Assembly (NCBI GenBank): GCA_964595645.1
Contig: CAZQQT010000012.1
Location: forward strand, 1 to 60,940
Source: an uncultured Thermococci archaeon
GTDB lineage: Archaea > Methanobacteriota_B > Thermococci > Methanofastidiosales > B48-G16
Length of the DNA stretch: 60,940 nucleotides
Direction of reading: 5' to 3'
Part shown: piece after piece, positions 27,412 to 38,953 of the stretch
Position numbering within the stretch: the stretch's first letter is position 1
How the letters are laid out: every line of letters begins with the position of its first letter
Notes under the pieces: model-generated
Databases searched by the model: none
What the model was told of the DNA's origin: nothing
The model's input: only the letters and a program-made list of their open reading frames with translations
Position numbers and translations under genes: made by a program

Positions 27412-28251
27412 TTATTCGCCTGTGTGCTTCGTCTGGTATATGGCGAGAACGGTACCTAGATATACCGCCCACAACCATACGGAAAGGGGAACTGCACACA
27501 GGAGATTTTCCTTTATAAGGTAGAGATAGTCATCGTGTAGACTGGAAGGAAGGAGATTGTCCTCCTGGGTAAAGATTCTTCGCATAGATCTGAGAAGGAG
27601 GAGATCAAAGAGTGCTTTATCTGTTTCTCCAGTATCCATATGAGTAATATATCGTGCTACTGTCCTCTCGTAAAACCATTGGAGAGAATCAAGGTGGGTG
27701 TCCACAATGACAGTGGTTTGTAACGTCTCTCTATCCATATAATATTCCTCTTTTACCTCACTGCTCTCCGGGAGTTCCTCCCCCAAAGACCCCAAAAAGT
27801 CTCTCCACGACTTATTGTCCCAGTCATCGGATGTCATCCTGTGCTCGTTTTCGAAGGTAGTTCTGTACTGCATTATTGTGGATTTATACTCAATAAAAGC
27901 ATATCCCAGTGCTGACATGAACTGTGTGGTGTACGCTATTTTTGCTCGTACAGCTGGAACAGCCTGTAACACCGGTACCAAAAGCATGCTAACTGATTCT
28001 ACACACTCCATCTCGGCAATCATCAGATCTTCTATATACGCTGTCTCTTCGTTTGTTCTTTGAAGAATAAATAACTCATTTTCTCGTGATCTCTGTTGTG
28101 AAAGTTGCTCATATTGAGCGTTGATCGTAAAATCGCGCCATTTATTATATTCCTGTGCACTCCTATAATTCTGGTATACGGCTACACTATAAAGGCTGAG
28201 AAGAAATATTAGAAGAAACACAAGAATATGTCGTTTATCCAATGTCTTCAT
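27412..28251 (-). CDS. Hypothetical protein with N- and C-terminal TM segments
   Basis: 279-aa ORF; no family recognised. Confidence 0.6.
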   Translation of the reverse strand: MKTLDKRHILVFLLIFLLSLYSVAVYQNYRSAQEYNKWRDFTINAQYEQLSQQRSRENELFILQRTNEETAYIEDLMIAEMECVESVSMLLVPVLQAVPAVRAKIAYTTQFMSALGYAFIEYKSTIMQYRTTFENEHRMTSDDWDNKSWRDFLGSLGEELPESSEVKEEYYMDRETLQTTVIVDTHLDSLQWFYERTVARYITHMDTGETDKALFDLLLLRSMRRIFTQEDNLLPSSLHDDYLYLIKENLLCAVPLSVWLWAVYLGTVLAIYQTKHTGE

Positions 28252-28328
28252 TTTGATGACCTTATTCTTTTTATTGTTACTATTCTCTATCTAGAAATTG
28301 TTATAAAAACCTATTGTTCAAAAGGTAA

Positions 28329-31300
28329 TCACTGGAGAAAATCAGAGAGAGACATCTGCTTTTTCTTTCCCACGAAGATACTCTCAATGCTCGTTTCTAA
28401 CATATGGATGCGTTCTTCTACGTAGGGATCGATGTGGTACTCCTCAATAAGCTTCTTGGAAACGGCGAGATATTTCTCCACAGACCCTTGGGAAACAGTA
28501 AGGATCACCCTCCCCCCGCAACTACACTTCCCACTCAATGGGACTCTCCTGTATTTTTTGTTGCAGTCTACACACCGCATGGACTGAGTGGAGAAGGCCC
28601 GGAGGTTACCGATAAGATCGGGGAGGAAATGAGAGTTGATGATTCTCTCCGCGGTGTCATCCTCATCAACAGCCATGATCTTCTTGGCAAGACCCAGCTG
28701 TGCGTCCATTTTCTCCTCCATTGCTCCAAGCGTCTTGTATGCACTCATTTTAGGTCCTAATGAAATGTTTGAGGTCTGATGCGTAAATTTAAACCCAGAA
28801 AAAGCGTTTTTCTTTCCTAATCTATCTCCAACTTTCTCTATTCGTATTTTCTGAGGCGTTACAAGATTTTGGGTAGCCTCGTAAAATTTCAGTGGATAGA
28901 TACCGACAATATCCATGTTCCGTACTTCCTTATCCACCTCGGCAGGATCAATTTTTGTCGTGAGCACGAGGGGAGCATCCATCTTTCCTCCTCGTCTCTC
29001 GGGGAGGAATAGTTTTGAGAAATCCAGAAGTGCCTCCAGTGTCAGCATGAACGTATCCTCATCGCCATCGCAGTTTCTTCGTTTGGCAGCGTGGAAAAAA
29101 GGGTGTGCGTATCCCACGCTCGTTGAGGAGAACCCAATGATCCTTCCGAGTACCCCCGCCGATGTGTGTGGGGCGAGTCCAATAACGAGTTCTCCTATAA
29201 GATCGTCCTTTGTTGAAACACTGTAGTATGACTCCATTCCATATATCTTTTCCAGACAGTCATCTACGTACTGTGCCACGCCTAAAAAGTATCGCCCTGC
29301 ATCTTCCGGAAGCACCACATCTTGGGGTTTCAGCTCCACTATCTGATCCTCGCTTTCGAGTGGATTTCCCTGATAATCTTCAGTATATCCAAGCGCTCTT
29401 AACTGTTCAAGGGTAGTCTGTATCTCCTCGGGTTTGAAATGCGTGAGGGGAGCATCTGTACAGTCATAACGAACCGTTCCATCCTTAAAGACGTAGACCT
29501 CGTTTTTCATTCTCAAAATTCCTTTTTCGAGTATTTCTGGGAATTTTTGAGCGGATATCATTCCCTTGACACCTTTTACTTCTTCGAGGGATGAGATATT
29601 CAGGTTGTTGAGCGCCTTTTTGTACTCCTCATTCAACTGTATCTTTTTCACAGAATGTATCGCCAGTTGAGAGTTGCAGGCGGGACAGGTTTCCTCTTCC
29701 GTTTCGAGCGATGTCACACTGCATTTCCTATTCGTACAGTTTTTATAGAGTTTCGTGATGGCTCCACAGTCATCACATTTCCTTTTAAACATTATTTTTC
29801 CACATTTTGGGCACTTTAAATTTATTATATCTACCTTAATGTAGTTTGATGCTGCAGCCTTCACAATATTCCTCGTTCGTCCTCCATACTGTCTCACAGG
29901 AAAGAGACCATGGACGGGAGGTGACATTTTTCTCTCCTTCGCCTTCTCAGGTCTCCCCATTCTCCCCCCGACAGTGTATGGACATTTGTCCCGTATTTTT
30001 ATTCCTGTACAGTATTCAAGGACATTGGATATTTTTTCTTTTTCTGGAATATCCTTATCCTTGAGCTTATTATATATCTCGTGAAATTTGGAGAAATCAA
30101 CTTTTTTCAGAAAAAGAGAATCTATGACAATACTATTACCAGAAACGGTATGCTCTATACATATCTTTTCGAGGAGCTGCTTTTTTTCAGAGTATGGAAG
30201 CACAAAGGTGTCTCCCTTCTCTCCTGTAGCGAGATAGTCCATGAGTTCCTTCAGTTCGTCGAGGGATAGATAGTGCCAGAAAGGAGTATAGCGTGGATGC
30301 AAAGGAATATTGTATTTTTGAGAGAGTTCCAGTGCTCTCTTCTCTGAGACATTAAAGGGATCTATCTCAACATCCTCTTTTTCCTGAAGTTCTTGGATCC
30401 ACCACTCCTCAACATACCCCGATGGGAGAAGTACATGGTTATTTTCGATGAACTCACCGTATGCTATCAACGCATCGCCGAGAAAGAGGATCGTATCGAT
30501 ACTTCCCCGTATCTCTAATGCCTTTTCGGGATTGTCGAGTCGAACAACATCACCGTTCTTCAGTTTCACAACAGGTGGCTCAATACCATCTACAGGACAG
30601 GTAATATTCGCCTTTCCGGGCCGTTCAGTCTTCATCTGTGTACCCACAGCTAGAAAATCCTGGAGGGCAACCATTGTGGAGGGGTGCACACCCCACGCTG
30701 CGAGTCCCGTATTTCTGCTCCTTCCGTACCGTATCCTGAATCCTCCTCTTCGTGAAGGATACGAAAATATTGGCCTTCCGGCAATAATGTCCTTTAAGTA
30801 CTTCCAGTTTTCCTGTGTGAATGTCTCCTCATCCTCGGAACTGGAAGATTTACTTTCAAGCCAGTCCCATCCATCGAGATCCAGATCTTTCACATACCGC
30901 AGGAGCTTTGGTGCCTTCTGGAGTACCCCCTCACAGAGGGCAAGCATCGCCCCTCCGCGCACTCTATTCGTCTCGATTCTCTCCAGGTCTCTGTAGCCGG
31001 AAACCTCTTCCTGTTCTGTGGATTCCCCAGTGATCTCAATAGAAATATGTTGCAGTGCCGTCCTCACCTCCTCATCGGAGGGGTAGTACTGTAATCGGGC
31101 AATCCGATCGTAAAGCCCTACCTCTTCAATGAATCGTTCAATTTCTTCATCAGAGGGTTTGTACTTCATCAAAGAAAGCTTTTGCCTTACGTAGTCGCCC
31201 ACCAAGACTGATAACGCTGCAGCAGTCCCTCCAGCGGACCGTATCGGTCCTGCAAAGTATAATGAGAGGTACCTCGTATTATCGAGATTTTCTTTTATTT

Positions 31301-31658
31301 TTACCTGAGCGATGCCCTCGAGGGGAGCAGCAACAATCCCTTCTGTAAGAATTGCCAGTGCTGTTCGTATCGCCTGGTCTGCACACTCTTCTTGTGTGTA
31401 ACTTCCAAATTCCCCCTCAGCTATCTCCTCAGCAATTTTTAGCGCAATCTTTTCCCGGGAATAGTTCATTTTGTCGAGTTCTCGAATACGTGAGGCCACA
31501 TTCCTAGGCCCTACTAGTCCTTCAACTCGCGCAGCCATATCCCGGGCTGGAGGTATCTCCACCTCCAGGTAAGGATCCTGCCCCTTTTTCCTGGCTTTTT
31601 CAGCGACAACATAGAGCTCGTTGAGATCCTCCTGGAGAGCATTGAAGTACTCCTTCAT
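28329..31658 (-). CDS. polC: DNA polymerase D large subunit DP2 (no intein)
   Basis: AGPIRSAGGT, GRSRNTG, RMGRPEKA, KRRNCDGDED, C-terminal Zn finger, PIP-like QMSLSDFL. Confidence 0.97.
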   Translation of the reverse strand: MKEYFNALQEDLNELYVVAEKARKKGQDPYLEVEIPPARDMAARVEGLVGPRNVASRIRELDKMNYSREKIALKIAEEIAEGEFGSYTQEECADQAIRTALAILTEGIVAAPLEGIAQVKIKENLDNTRYLSLYFAGPIRSAGGTAAALSVLVGDYVRQKLSLMKYKPSDEEIERFIEEVGLYDRIARLQYYPSDEEVRTALQHISIEITGESTEQEEVSGYRDLERIETNRVRGGAMLALCEGVLQKAPKLLRYVKDLDLDGWDWLESKSSSSEDEETFTQENWKYLKDIIAGRPIFSYPSRRGGFRIRYGRSRNTGLAAWGVHPSTMVALQDFLAVGTQMKTERPGKANITCPVDGIEPPVVKLKNGDVVRLDNPEKALEIRGSIDTILFLGDALIAYGEFIENNHVLLPSGYVEEWWIQELQEKEDVEIDPFNVSEKRALELSQKYNIPLHPRYTPFWHYLSLDELKELMDYLATGEKGDTFVLPYSEKKQLLEKICIEHTVSGNSIVIDSLFLKKVDFSKFHEIYNKLKDKDIPEKEKISNVLEYCTGIKIRDKCPYTVGGRMGRPEKAKERKMSPPVHGLFPVRQYGGRTRNIVKAAASNYIKVDIINLKCPKCGKIMFKRKCDDCGAITKLYKNCTNRKCSVTSLETEEETCPACNSQLAIHSVKKIQLNEEYKKALNNLNISSLEEVKGVKGMISAQKFPEILEKGILRMKNEVYVFKDGTVRYDCTDAPLTHFKPEEIQTTLEQLRALGYTEDYQGNPLESEDQIVELKPQDVVLPEDAGRYFLGVAQYVDDCLEKIYGMESYYSVSTKDDLIGELVIGLAPHTSAGVLGRIIGFSSTSVGYAHPFFHAAKRRNCDGDEDTFMLTLEALLDFSKLFLPERRGGKMDAPLVLTTKIDPAEVDKEVRNMDIVGIYPLKFYEATQNLVTPQKIRIEKVGDRLGKKNAFSGFKFTHQTSNISLGPKMSAYKTLGAMEEKMDAQLGLAKKIMAVDEDDTAERIINSHFLPDLIGNLRAFSTQSMRCVDCNKKYRRVPLSGKCSCGGRVILTVSQGSVEKYLAVSKKLIEEYHIDPYVEERIHMLETSIESIFVGKKKQMSLSDFLQ

Positions 31659-31706
31659 AAAAAAGTGTATGTGGTGGATAATATAAAATTATTTTGTAGG
31701 ATATAG

Positions 31707-32321
31707 TTATATGAGTGTTTGCTGATCCAACTCGCTTCTGATCTTTTTTACGGTATCCCATGATTTTCTCACAAATTGGGGGAAATTTCGATGGTTCATA
31801 TACCAGTTCTTGAGAAAGTCTACTGTTTTTTTGTCTGAGGGATAACCGGAGCCAAGATCGTAATCGAGGTTCTGTATATACTCATCACGTTTTACCTTCG
31901 CAAGAATAGATGCTGCAGAGACGATGGGGTATGTACTATCCGCTTTGTGTTCTGAAATAAGATCGATTTCCCCTGTTGTCGCTCTAATACCATCGCTAAA
32001 ACGTTGCGGAATCACATCGCACGCATCCACATAGAATCGAGAAGTAGAATCAAACCGAGCGATAATCTCAGAAAATCCTCGGAGCTCCAATACGTTAAGC
32101 TTATGTCTTCTCGTATACTCATCAATTTCTTCTGGATAAAAAATCTTATAATGTATTTCGGTCCTTTTTTTGATCTTTTTTGCTATTTTCTCTCTTTCAT
32201 ATGGGGTGAGGAGTTTTGAATCCTTCAGACCGTCGATATCGATCTTTTCTGCGCTGACACCACAGATTACAAGGGGACCTACCACACAGCCTCTGCCCGC
32301 TTCATCGACTCCGACGATCAT
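31707..32321 (-). CDS. rnhB: Ribonuclease HII
   Basis: GVDEAGRG, DSK, SAASILAKV, GSGYPSD. Confidence 0.95.
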   Translation of the reverse strand: MIVGVDEAGRGCVVGPLVICGVSAEKIDIDGLKDSKLLTPYEREKIAKKIKKRTEIHYKIFYPEEIDEYTRRHKLNVLELRGFSEIIARFDSTSRFYVDACDVIPQRFSDGIRATTGEIDLISEHKADSTYPIVSAASILAKVKRDEYIQNLDYDLGSGYPSDKKTVDFLKNWYMNHRNFPQFVRKSWDTVKKIRSELDQQTLI

Positions 32322-32377
32322 GCGTGTACTAGTTTATGAGAGATTTTATATCTTTTGCTAATGAACCTCGAGAAGTA

Positions 32378-33472
32378 CTATCTCTCTTTCGAACGAACTG
32401 CCTCCTTGATCGAATATGCCCTCCGCATATCCTCCAGTGTAATAACTCCCACCAACTCTCCCTCTACTACAACACCATACGCATTGTGCTGACCTTTCTG
32501 CATCTTTATGTATACCTCATCAAGTCTCTCCTCCGGTGTGACGGTGGGTACCTCTCTCTCCACAACGTCTCCTACCGTGGTCTCCATGGGATGTTCATGA
32601 ATGGCCGAGATCAGCTCCTCCGATGTGATAATGCCCACATACTCACTCTCCTCTTCTACAGGGATGATACCCTTGCACGTCCCGTGGAATATCCTCTCTA
32701 CAAGTTCCGATATCTGTGTAGCACCAGACACAACGGTACACGTGGTATCCATGACATCTCTCACGGTAAGGTTTTTGAGTACTGAACGTATCATCACACT
32801 ATACTCCTCAGAGTTTGCACCAATATACACAAAAAATGCAATAATGATAAGAATAGGATTGAAAAGAATTCCAGCAATACCAAAAACAATGGCAAATCCT
32901 TTTCCAATAGATGCAGCGATATTGGTGGCCTGTGTATAGCTCATCCGCTGGGCAAGATACGCCCGTATTACTCTCCCTCCATCCATAGGAAAAGCAGGCA
33001 ATAGATTAAATCCTGCTAAAAGAAGGTTAATCCATGCGAAATAGACGGGAAAATAACTGAAAGAGGTGGCTATTTTTTCAAAACTAAAATCGAGCACATT
33101 GAATCCGAGAACTATATCAATAATCATCAGCCCTCCTCCAAGGGCGATACTCGCCAGTGGGCCGGCGAGTGCTATCTTCAATTCCTCCTTCGGTTCCTCG
33201 GGCATTTGCTCCATATTTGACACGCCCCCAATGGGGAGCAGCGTGACATCCCTCACCTCTACATTGAACTTCTGGGCCTGTCGGGAATGGGCAAGTTCGT
33301 GGATCACAACGCACACAAAAAGTAGTAAAATAAGTACTACACCTCGAAGGGCCCCCATCGACCCATATTGATAGCCAAAAAGTGCAGCATACCCAATGAT
33401 AAGCATTAAAAAAGTAACATGCATCCGCAATGGTATTCCATATATCATTCCAATTTTATATGACCATTTCAT
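32378..33472 (-). CDS. Site-2 protease (M50) with CBS domains
   Basis: HELAH, AGP, NLLPAFPMDGG; CBS pair. Confidence 0.92.
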   Translation of the reverse strand: MKWSYKIGMIYGIPLRMHVTFLMLIIGYAALFGYQYGSMGALRGVVLILLLFVCVVIHELAHSRQAQKFNVEVRDVTLLPIGGVSNMEQMPEEPKEELKIALAGPLASIALGGGLMIIDIVLGFNVLDFSFEKIATSFSYFPVYFAWINLLLAGFNLLPAFPMDGGRVIRAYLAQRMSYTQATNIAASIGKGFAIVFGIAGILFNPILIIIAFFVYIGANSEEYSVMIRSVLKNLTVRDVMDTTCTVVSGATQISELVERIFHGTCKGIIPVEEESEYVGIITSEELISAIHEHPMETTVGDVVEREVPTVTPEERLDEVYIKMQKGQHNAYGVVVEGELVGVITLEDMRRAYSIKEAVRSKER

Positions 33473-33590
33473 AGCGGCACAAACGTTTCTAGATTATTAA
33501 ATCTTTCTCCTCCTCTAAATCTCTGTACAAGAAAGATTTTTATGCATTCCTCCCGACTCATCACTATCATGTAATAATGAGAGGAATGAC

Positions 33591-34604
33591 ATGGACAGTG
33601 TATTAGCGTGTATATCTAACGATGGCAAAAAAGAGGCCACACAAGAAAGCTATCCTTCCTGGATAAATCCTATGTTAGCGAAACTCACTCACGATTATTT
33701 CTCAGATGAAAAATGGATATTTGAAAGGAAGTTGGATGGCGAACGGTGTCTTGCTTTCAAACATGGTGCAGAGATTCGGTTGATGACGCGCAACAAAAAG
33801 AAGATCAACGGAACGTACCCTGAACTTGTGAAAGCGATTGCTAACCAAAAAATAAGCAATGTTATTTTGGATGGAGAGATAGTAGCCTTTGAGGGTGAAT
33901 GTACCAGTTTCTCAAAACTACAGGAACGTATGCACGTAAAAAACGCAAAAGAAGCGCAGAAGACGATAGATGTCTTTTATTATCTGTTTGACATCCTCTA
34001 CGTAGAAAAGTACAACGTGACAAAGATTCCTCTTATTGAGAGAAAATCGTTGCTCAACGCCGCGGTGGAGTTCCATGGCCCCTTGCGGTTCACCGCCTAT
34101 CGGGAAAAGGAAGGAGAGGCATACTATGAAGAAGCATGTGAAAAAGGGTGGGAAGGTATTATTGCCAAACGGAAGGATAGTGCCTATCTTCACACGAGAT
34201 CGAAGAAATGGCTCAAATTCAAATGTGTGAACCAGCAGGAGTTTGTGATCGGTGGGTATACAGAGCCCCACGGTTCTCGAGTAGGGTTTGGGGCACTCCT
34301 CCTTGGATACTATAATGAGGATAGGTTCGTCTACGCTGGAAAAGTAGGGACGGGCTTTAATGATGAGACACTGCGTCACCTGAGTAAAAAACTCGCTTCT
34401 CTGGAAACCGATACACCTCCCTTCACTGATGAGGATTTGCCACACAAGGAGGTGCATTGGGTGGATCCTGTACTAGTATGTGAGATCGGATTTACCGAGT
34501 GGACCGATTACGGAAAGCTCCGACACCCCCGATATCTTGGGCTGCGCCGGGACAAAAATGCCCAGGAAGTAGTGAGAGAAGAGCCAGAGGGATTCCATGG
34601 TTAG
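33591..34604 (+). CDS. ligD: NHEJ-type ATP-dependent DNA ligase (LigD ligase domain)
   Basis: PMLA, ERKLDGER, LDGEIV, EGIIAK, WLKFK, GKVGTGF, LRHPRYLGLRRDK. Confidence 0.9.
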   Translation: MDSVLACISNDGKKEATQESYPSWINPMLAKLTHDYFSDEKWIFERKLDGERCLAFKHGAEIRLMTRNKKKINGTYPELVKAIANQKISNVILDGEIVAFEGECTSFSKLQERMHVKNAKEAQKTIDVFYYLFDILYVEKYNVTKIPLIERKSLLNAAVEFHGPLRFTAYREKEGEAYYEEACEKGWEGIIAKRKDSAYLHTRSKKWLKFKCVNQQEFVIGGYTEPHGSRVGFGALLLGYYNEDRFVYAGKVGTGFNDETLRHLSKKLASLETDTPPFTDEDLPHKEVHWVDPVLVCEIGFTEWTDYGKLRHPRYLGLRRDKNAQEVVREEPEGFHG

Positions 34605-35499
34605 CATAACGGTAGGATCCCATACCCTTGAAATCTCTCATCCAAAGAAGCTCTATTTCCCATCGAGTAGCATTACGAAGACGGATATAGTAAAGTACTA
34701 CAAAAAAATTGGGGAGGTAATGATCCCACATATGCGAGGAAGACCTGTAACTATGCACAGGTTCCCGGAGGGGATAGAAGAGGAAGGATTCTATCAGAAA
34801 GAAACACCTGACTACTTTCCCCCATGGATCGAGCGGATTTCAGTGAAGAAAAAGGAAGGGGGAAGTGTCACCCAGGTGATATGCAATGATGCTCCTACAC
34901 TAGTATATCTCGCCGAACAGGGATGTATCACGCCTCATATCTGGTTGAGCCGTATCGACAATGCGAAATACCCTGATAAAATGATCTTTGATCTCGATCC
35001 TCCCACCAATGATTTTGAGTCCGTGCGCACAGCAGCGTTCTATCTCAAAAACATCATAGAAAGAGTAGGGGGGACACCTTTCGTGATGACTACCGGATCC
35101 CGTGGTGTACATGTAACCGTTCCCCTCCATAGAAAAACCCCATTCGATACGGTCAGAACATTCGCCAAGAAAATAGCGGAAATATTAGTCCATAGATATC
35201 CAGAAGAGCTTACTACTGCACAGCGAAAGGAAAAACGTGGTAATAAATTATATGTCGACACCATGAGAAACGCATATGCCCAGACCTCCGTGGCACCCTA
35301 TGCTGTAAGGGCAAAGGAAGGAGCACCAGTGGCCACTCCTGTAACATGGAGAGAACTTAAGAAGATTCCCTCCTCTCAAGAATATACCCTTGACAATATT
35401 TTCAGAAGACTCGGACAAAAAGAGGATCCATGGAGAACAATGTATACAAAAAAAGTGAATCTTTCAGGAGCTGTGGATGAACTAAGAGATTCAACATAA
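34597..35499 (+). CDS. LigD-type primase-polymerase domain protein (stand-alone)
   Basis: SHPKK, RFPEGI, FYQK, FDLDP, TTGSRGVH, SVAPY. Confidence 0.9.
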   Translation: MVSITVGSHTLEISHPKKLYFPSSSITKTDIVKYYKKIGEVMIPHMRGRPVTMHRFPEGIEEEGFYQKETPDYFPPWIERISVKKKEGGSVTQVICNDAPTLVYLAEQGCITPHIWLSRIDNAKYPDKMIFDLDPPTNDFESVRTAAFYLKNIIERVGGTPFVMTTGSRGVHVTVPLHRKTPFDTVRTFAKKIAEILVHRYPEELTTAQRKEKRGNKLYVDTMRNAYAQTSVAPYAVRAKEGAPVATPVTWRELKKIPSSQEYTLDNIFRRLGQKEDPWRTMYTKKVNLSGAVDELRDST

Positions 35500-35743
35500 A
35501 GACAACTCGAAAGAGAGAAAGTGCCCGCTGACTTCTACAACAATTGAAGCCGCTGATAACAGTAGGAGATACGAGATTGTTGAAACAATGAGGTGTCGGA
35601 TTTGCATAGTAGAGTCGTAGAGTAGAGAATGATGACCATGTCATGTGGTATGATAATCTATGGGTGGTATGTACCCGATCCGAGGAGCACCCCCACCTTC
35701 AAAAAAATATATAAAGTATGTAACCTCAAAAGGAATGGTTAGA

Positions 35744-37381
35744 ATGGACGAAGTGTACGAGAAATTTGAAGGCATAATCACTGAAGAAGAGCTTGAAAGC
35801 CTTATAGAGGAAAAAATAAAAAATGTAGGAGGGCTTTTAACGAGAGAGGGAGCTATAGCAATTATTGCTGCTGAGTATGGCGTAGATCTTGGAATAGAGG
35901 AAGAAAAAAAAGAGAAAATAAAAATTGAAGAACTTCATGAAGGGATGAATGATGTTTCTGTGGCGGGCAGAGTAAAAAAAATCTACCCAATAAAAACGTT
36001 CGATAATGGAAAGGTCGGGAATATTATACTCGACGATGAAACGGGAGAGATCCGTGTTGCCCTGTGGAATGAGAAAACGAAAATACTTGACACCCTCGAT
36101 GTTGGGACAACCGTTGAGATAAAGCACGGGTATGTTAAGGAAGGGTTTAGAGACATGCTCGATCTCAACATTGGAAAAAGAGGAACAATAGAAATAAGTG
36201 ACATCTCATTAGATCTCCCGGAAATAGAGAAAAAAATGATGCGAATAGGAGAGATAGATGAGGAACTACGAGATGTTTCTGTTGTTGGACGAGTAAAGAA
36301 TGTATTTGATATACGGGAATTTGAGAAAATTGATGGGGGAAAGGGAAAAGTTGGAAATATCATCCTCATGGATGACACGGGTGAGAAACGAGCAACCTTC
36401 TGGAATGAGAATACGGAGATACTCAATAAGATCAAGAAAAATGATGTTTTGCTTCTAGAGAATGTCTATACAAAAGAAGGATTCAATGGATACGAAATAC
36501 ATGCGGGATGGCAGACTCATGTCAAGATAAATCCTGAAATTGCTGTTGATCTGCCGGAAGTCAAGGAAGAGTACGTAAAAATCGAGTACGTCCAGGAGGG
36601 AACGACAAACATAAAAGGGGAAGTGAAGAGAATACTTGGAGTGAAAAGCTTTGAGAAGATAGATGGTGGTACAGGAAAAGTTGGGAGTATGGTTCTTGAG
36701 GATACCACGGGAGAGATACGAGTGGTCATGTGGAATGAAAAGACCAAAATGCTTGAGAACCTCTCCCCGGGAATGAGCCTTCGAATAGAGAATGGACGGG
36801 TAAAAGAAGGAATGGAAGGATTGGAAGTCCATGTGAACAACACAACAGATGTAGCAGTTGATATCGCCTATGAGAAGAAAATACAGAATCTTGAACCGGG
36901 AAAAGTTGAAATGATTGGAAGAGTTTCCAGCGTAGAGGACGGTGGATTCTCCCTGATGGATGAAAGTGGAGAAATATTTGTTGAAACTGAGGAATCTCCG
37001 AACGAGGGAGAGCTTGTAAAAGTTACTGGTGAGTTGGACGATACCCTCACAGCGAAAGAAATCGAAACAATAGAGCAAGAGTTTCCCACTCTCAAGGAAC
37101 TGAAAACACCTGAAAGAGGAAAAATCGGTGATAAGGGAATGGTGACAATTAGAGGGGTGGTAAAAAGTAAGGTAGAGGGAGAGGAATGCTGTAGAGTAGT
37201 ACTGGATGACGGACAGGGGGAGGTGAGTGGTGTTATCTTCGGTGCTCCTGAAGTCGGTGAGGAGTATCTTTTTAAATGTATGATAAAAAATAATAATAAA
37301 TTTGCTTGTTATGATTTTCAAGAAGTAGATATATTAAAAGAAGCGTATAGACTTCTAGATAGAGTTGGTAGAAATGGCTGA
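35744..37381 (+). CDS. rpa: Replication protein A, multi-OB-fold
   Basis: Repeated [13 protein letters not shown]...WN OB folds; upstream of radA. Confidence 0.88.
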   Translation: MDEVYEKFEGIITEEELESLIEEKIKNVGGLLTREGAIAIIAAEYGVDLGIEEEKKEKIKIEELHEGMNDVSVAGRVKKIYPIKTFDNGKVGNIILDDETGEIRVALWNEKTKILDTLDVGTTVEIKHGYVKEGFRDMLDLNIGKRGTIEISDISLDLPEIEKKMMRIGEIDEELRDVSVVGRVKNVFDIREFEKIDGGKGKVGNIILMDDTGEKRATFWNENTEILNKIKKNDVLLLENVYTKEGFNGYEIHAGWQTHVKINPEIAVDLPEVKEEYVKIEYVQEGTTNIKGEVKRILGVKSFEKIDGGTGKVGSMVLEDTTGEIRVVMWNEKTKMLENLSPGMSLRIENGRVKEGMEGLEVHVNNTTDVAVDIAYEKKIQNLEPGKVEMIGRVSSVEDGGFSLMDESGEIFVETEESPNEGELVKVTGELDDTLTAKEIETIEQEFPTLKELKTPERGKIGDKGMVTIRGVVKSKVEGEECCRVVLDDGQGEVSGVIFGAPEVGEEYLFKCMIKNNNKFACYDFQEVDILKEAYRLLDRVGRNG

Positions 37382-38348
37382 GGAAAAAAGTGAAGAGAAG
37401 AAGGAAGAAAAAGTAGAACTTAAAGATATTCCTGGAATAGGTCCTAAAACAGCTGAAAAATTAAAAGAAGCTGGTTATAATACATTAGAGTCGATAGCAG
37501 TAGCAACACCCAACGATCTTGCCGATATTGCAGGGATCGGTGAAGGAACATGTCAAAAAATCATTAACAAGGCAAGAAAAATGACCAATATCGATAGGTT
37601 CACACCTGGAAACAAGGTAATGGAAAGAAGAGAAACCGTCGGACACATTACTTCAGGAAGCGCAAATTTCGATAAACTCATCGGAGGGGGGTTCGAAACA
37701 CAGGCTGTGATGGAGGTATTTGGAGAGTTTGGTTCGGGAAAGTCACAGATCGCCCATCATCTGGCTGTGAGCGTTCAGCTTCCAAAGGAGAAGGGAGGAA
37801 TGGAAGCAGGCTGTATCTTCATAGATACTGAAAACACCTTCAGACCGGAAAGAATCAAACAGATTGCAGAGAAGTATGGACTCGATCCAACCGAAACACT
37901 CTCGAATATCCACTACGCCCGAGCATATAATTCCGATCATCAAATGTTGTTGGCCGAAAAGGCTGAAAATCTCCTGCAGGATGGAGACATCAAACTTGTG
38001 ATAGTTGACTCTCTCACCTCAACCTTCAGAAGCGAGTATGTGGGGAGAGGAACACTGGCAGAAAGGCAGCAGAAACTTGGAAGACATCTACGAAAACTTC
38101 ATCAGCTAGCAGATGTCTACGATATCTGTGTTTTTGTGACCAACCAAGTTTCTTCATCACCGGACGCCTTCTTTGGCGATCCTACACGACCCATCGGCGG
38201 ACATATTCTGGGACACTCTGCCACAATGCGAATCTACCTGCGGAAATCAAAGAAGGGAAGAAGAATCGCTCGACTCGTGGACTCACCGAGTCATCCAGAG
38301 GGAGAAGCAATATTTGTAATTACAGGAGAAGGTATTACAGATCCGTGA
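37374..38348 (+). CDS. radA: DNA repair and recombination protein RadA
   Basis: Hh[36 protein letters not shown]. Confidence 0.97.
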   Translation: MAEEKSEEKKEEKVELKDIPGIGPKTAEKLKEAGYNTLESIAVATPNDLADIAGIGEGTCQKIINKARKMTNIDRFTPGNKVMERRETVGHITSGSANFDKLIGGGFETQAVMEVFGEFGSGKSQIAHHLAVSVQLPKEKGGMEAGCIFIDTENTFRPERIKQIAEKYGLDPTETLSNIHYARAYNSDHQMLLAEKAENLLQDGDIKLVIVDSLTSTFRSEYVGRGTLAERQQKLGRHLRKLHQLADVYDICVFVTNQVSSSPDAFFGDPTRPIGGHILGHSATMRIYLRKSKKGRRIARLVDSPSHPEGEAIFVITGEGITDP

Positions 38349-38352
38349 TAAA

Positions 38353-38916
38353 ATGAATAGGGTGCTTCTTACTGGCTTTGAACCCTTTAAAGAGGAGGAA
38401 ATAAATCCCTCGCAAATAGTGGCGAGGAAAATGCACGGGAGAAACATTGGAGGGAAAAAAGTAATCTCTTCGATATTGACCGTGGATGAGACATGTGCAG
38501 AGAAAATACAAAGGGAAATAACAAATGTAGATCCTTCGCACATCGTGAACCTTGGATTGGCCAGTGGAAGGTCTGGAATATGTCTGGAGAAGGTCGCAAT
38601 AAATGTAATGCCAGAGAAAAAGACAGAGAAAATAGTTGAGGATGGACCAGATGCGTATTTTTCACGACTCCCAGTGCAACGTATTCTAAAAGAACTCCAC
38701 GAAAATAATATTCCTTCAAGGATCTCTTACTCTGCAGGGACATATTTCTGCAACTACATCATGTACTACACGCTCCACTGCACCAGAGACATCCCGACAA
38801 AATCCGGCTTTATTCATATCCCATACACACCCAAACAGGTGGTGACTAAAGATAAACCCTCGATGGAACTGGAAATGATAGAGAAGGGAGTGGAAATAGC
38901 AGTACGGTGTCTGTGA
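38353..38916 (+). CDS. pcp: Pyroglutamyl-peptidase I
   Basis: LLTGFEPF, NPS, SAGTYFCN, GFIHIP. Confidence 0.93.
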   Translation: MNRVLLTGFEPFKEEEINPSQIVARKMHGRNIGGKKVISSILTVDETCAEKIQREITNVDPSHIVNLGLASGRSGICLEKVAINVMPEKKTEKIVEDGPDAYFSRLPVQRILKELHENNIPSRISYSAGTYFCNYIMYYTLHCTRDIPTKSGFIHIPYTPKQVVTKDKPSMELEMIEKGVEIAVRCL

Positions 38917-38953
38917 CACAAGCCTTTTTAAGAGGGGGTATGAAGGAAGGAAC

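Noticed and set aside
35500-35700. Possible C/D box sRNA (ATGATGA at 35629-35635) between ligD-pol and rpa
   Set aside because: No convincing CTGA D/D' boxes at the proper spacing
36455-37321. Long antisense ORFs (also 25145-25954, 57859-58566, 7838-8293)
   Set aside because: Shadows of well-supported genes on the opposite strand
28329-38348. Inteins in DP2 or RadA
   Set aside because: Normal lengths, continuous motifs, no splice-junction or LAGLIDADG signatures
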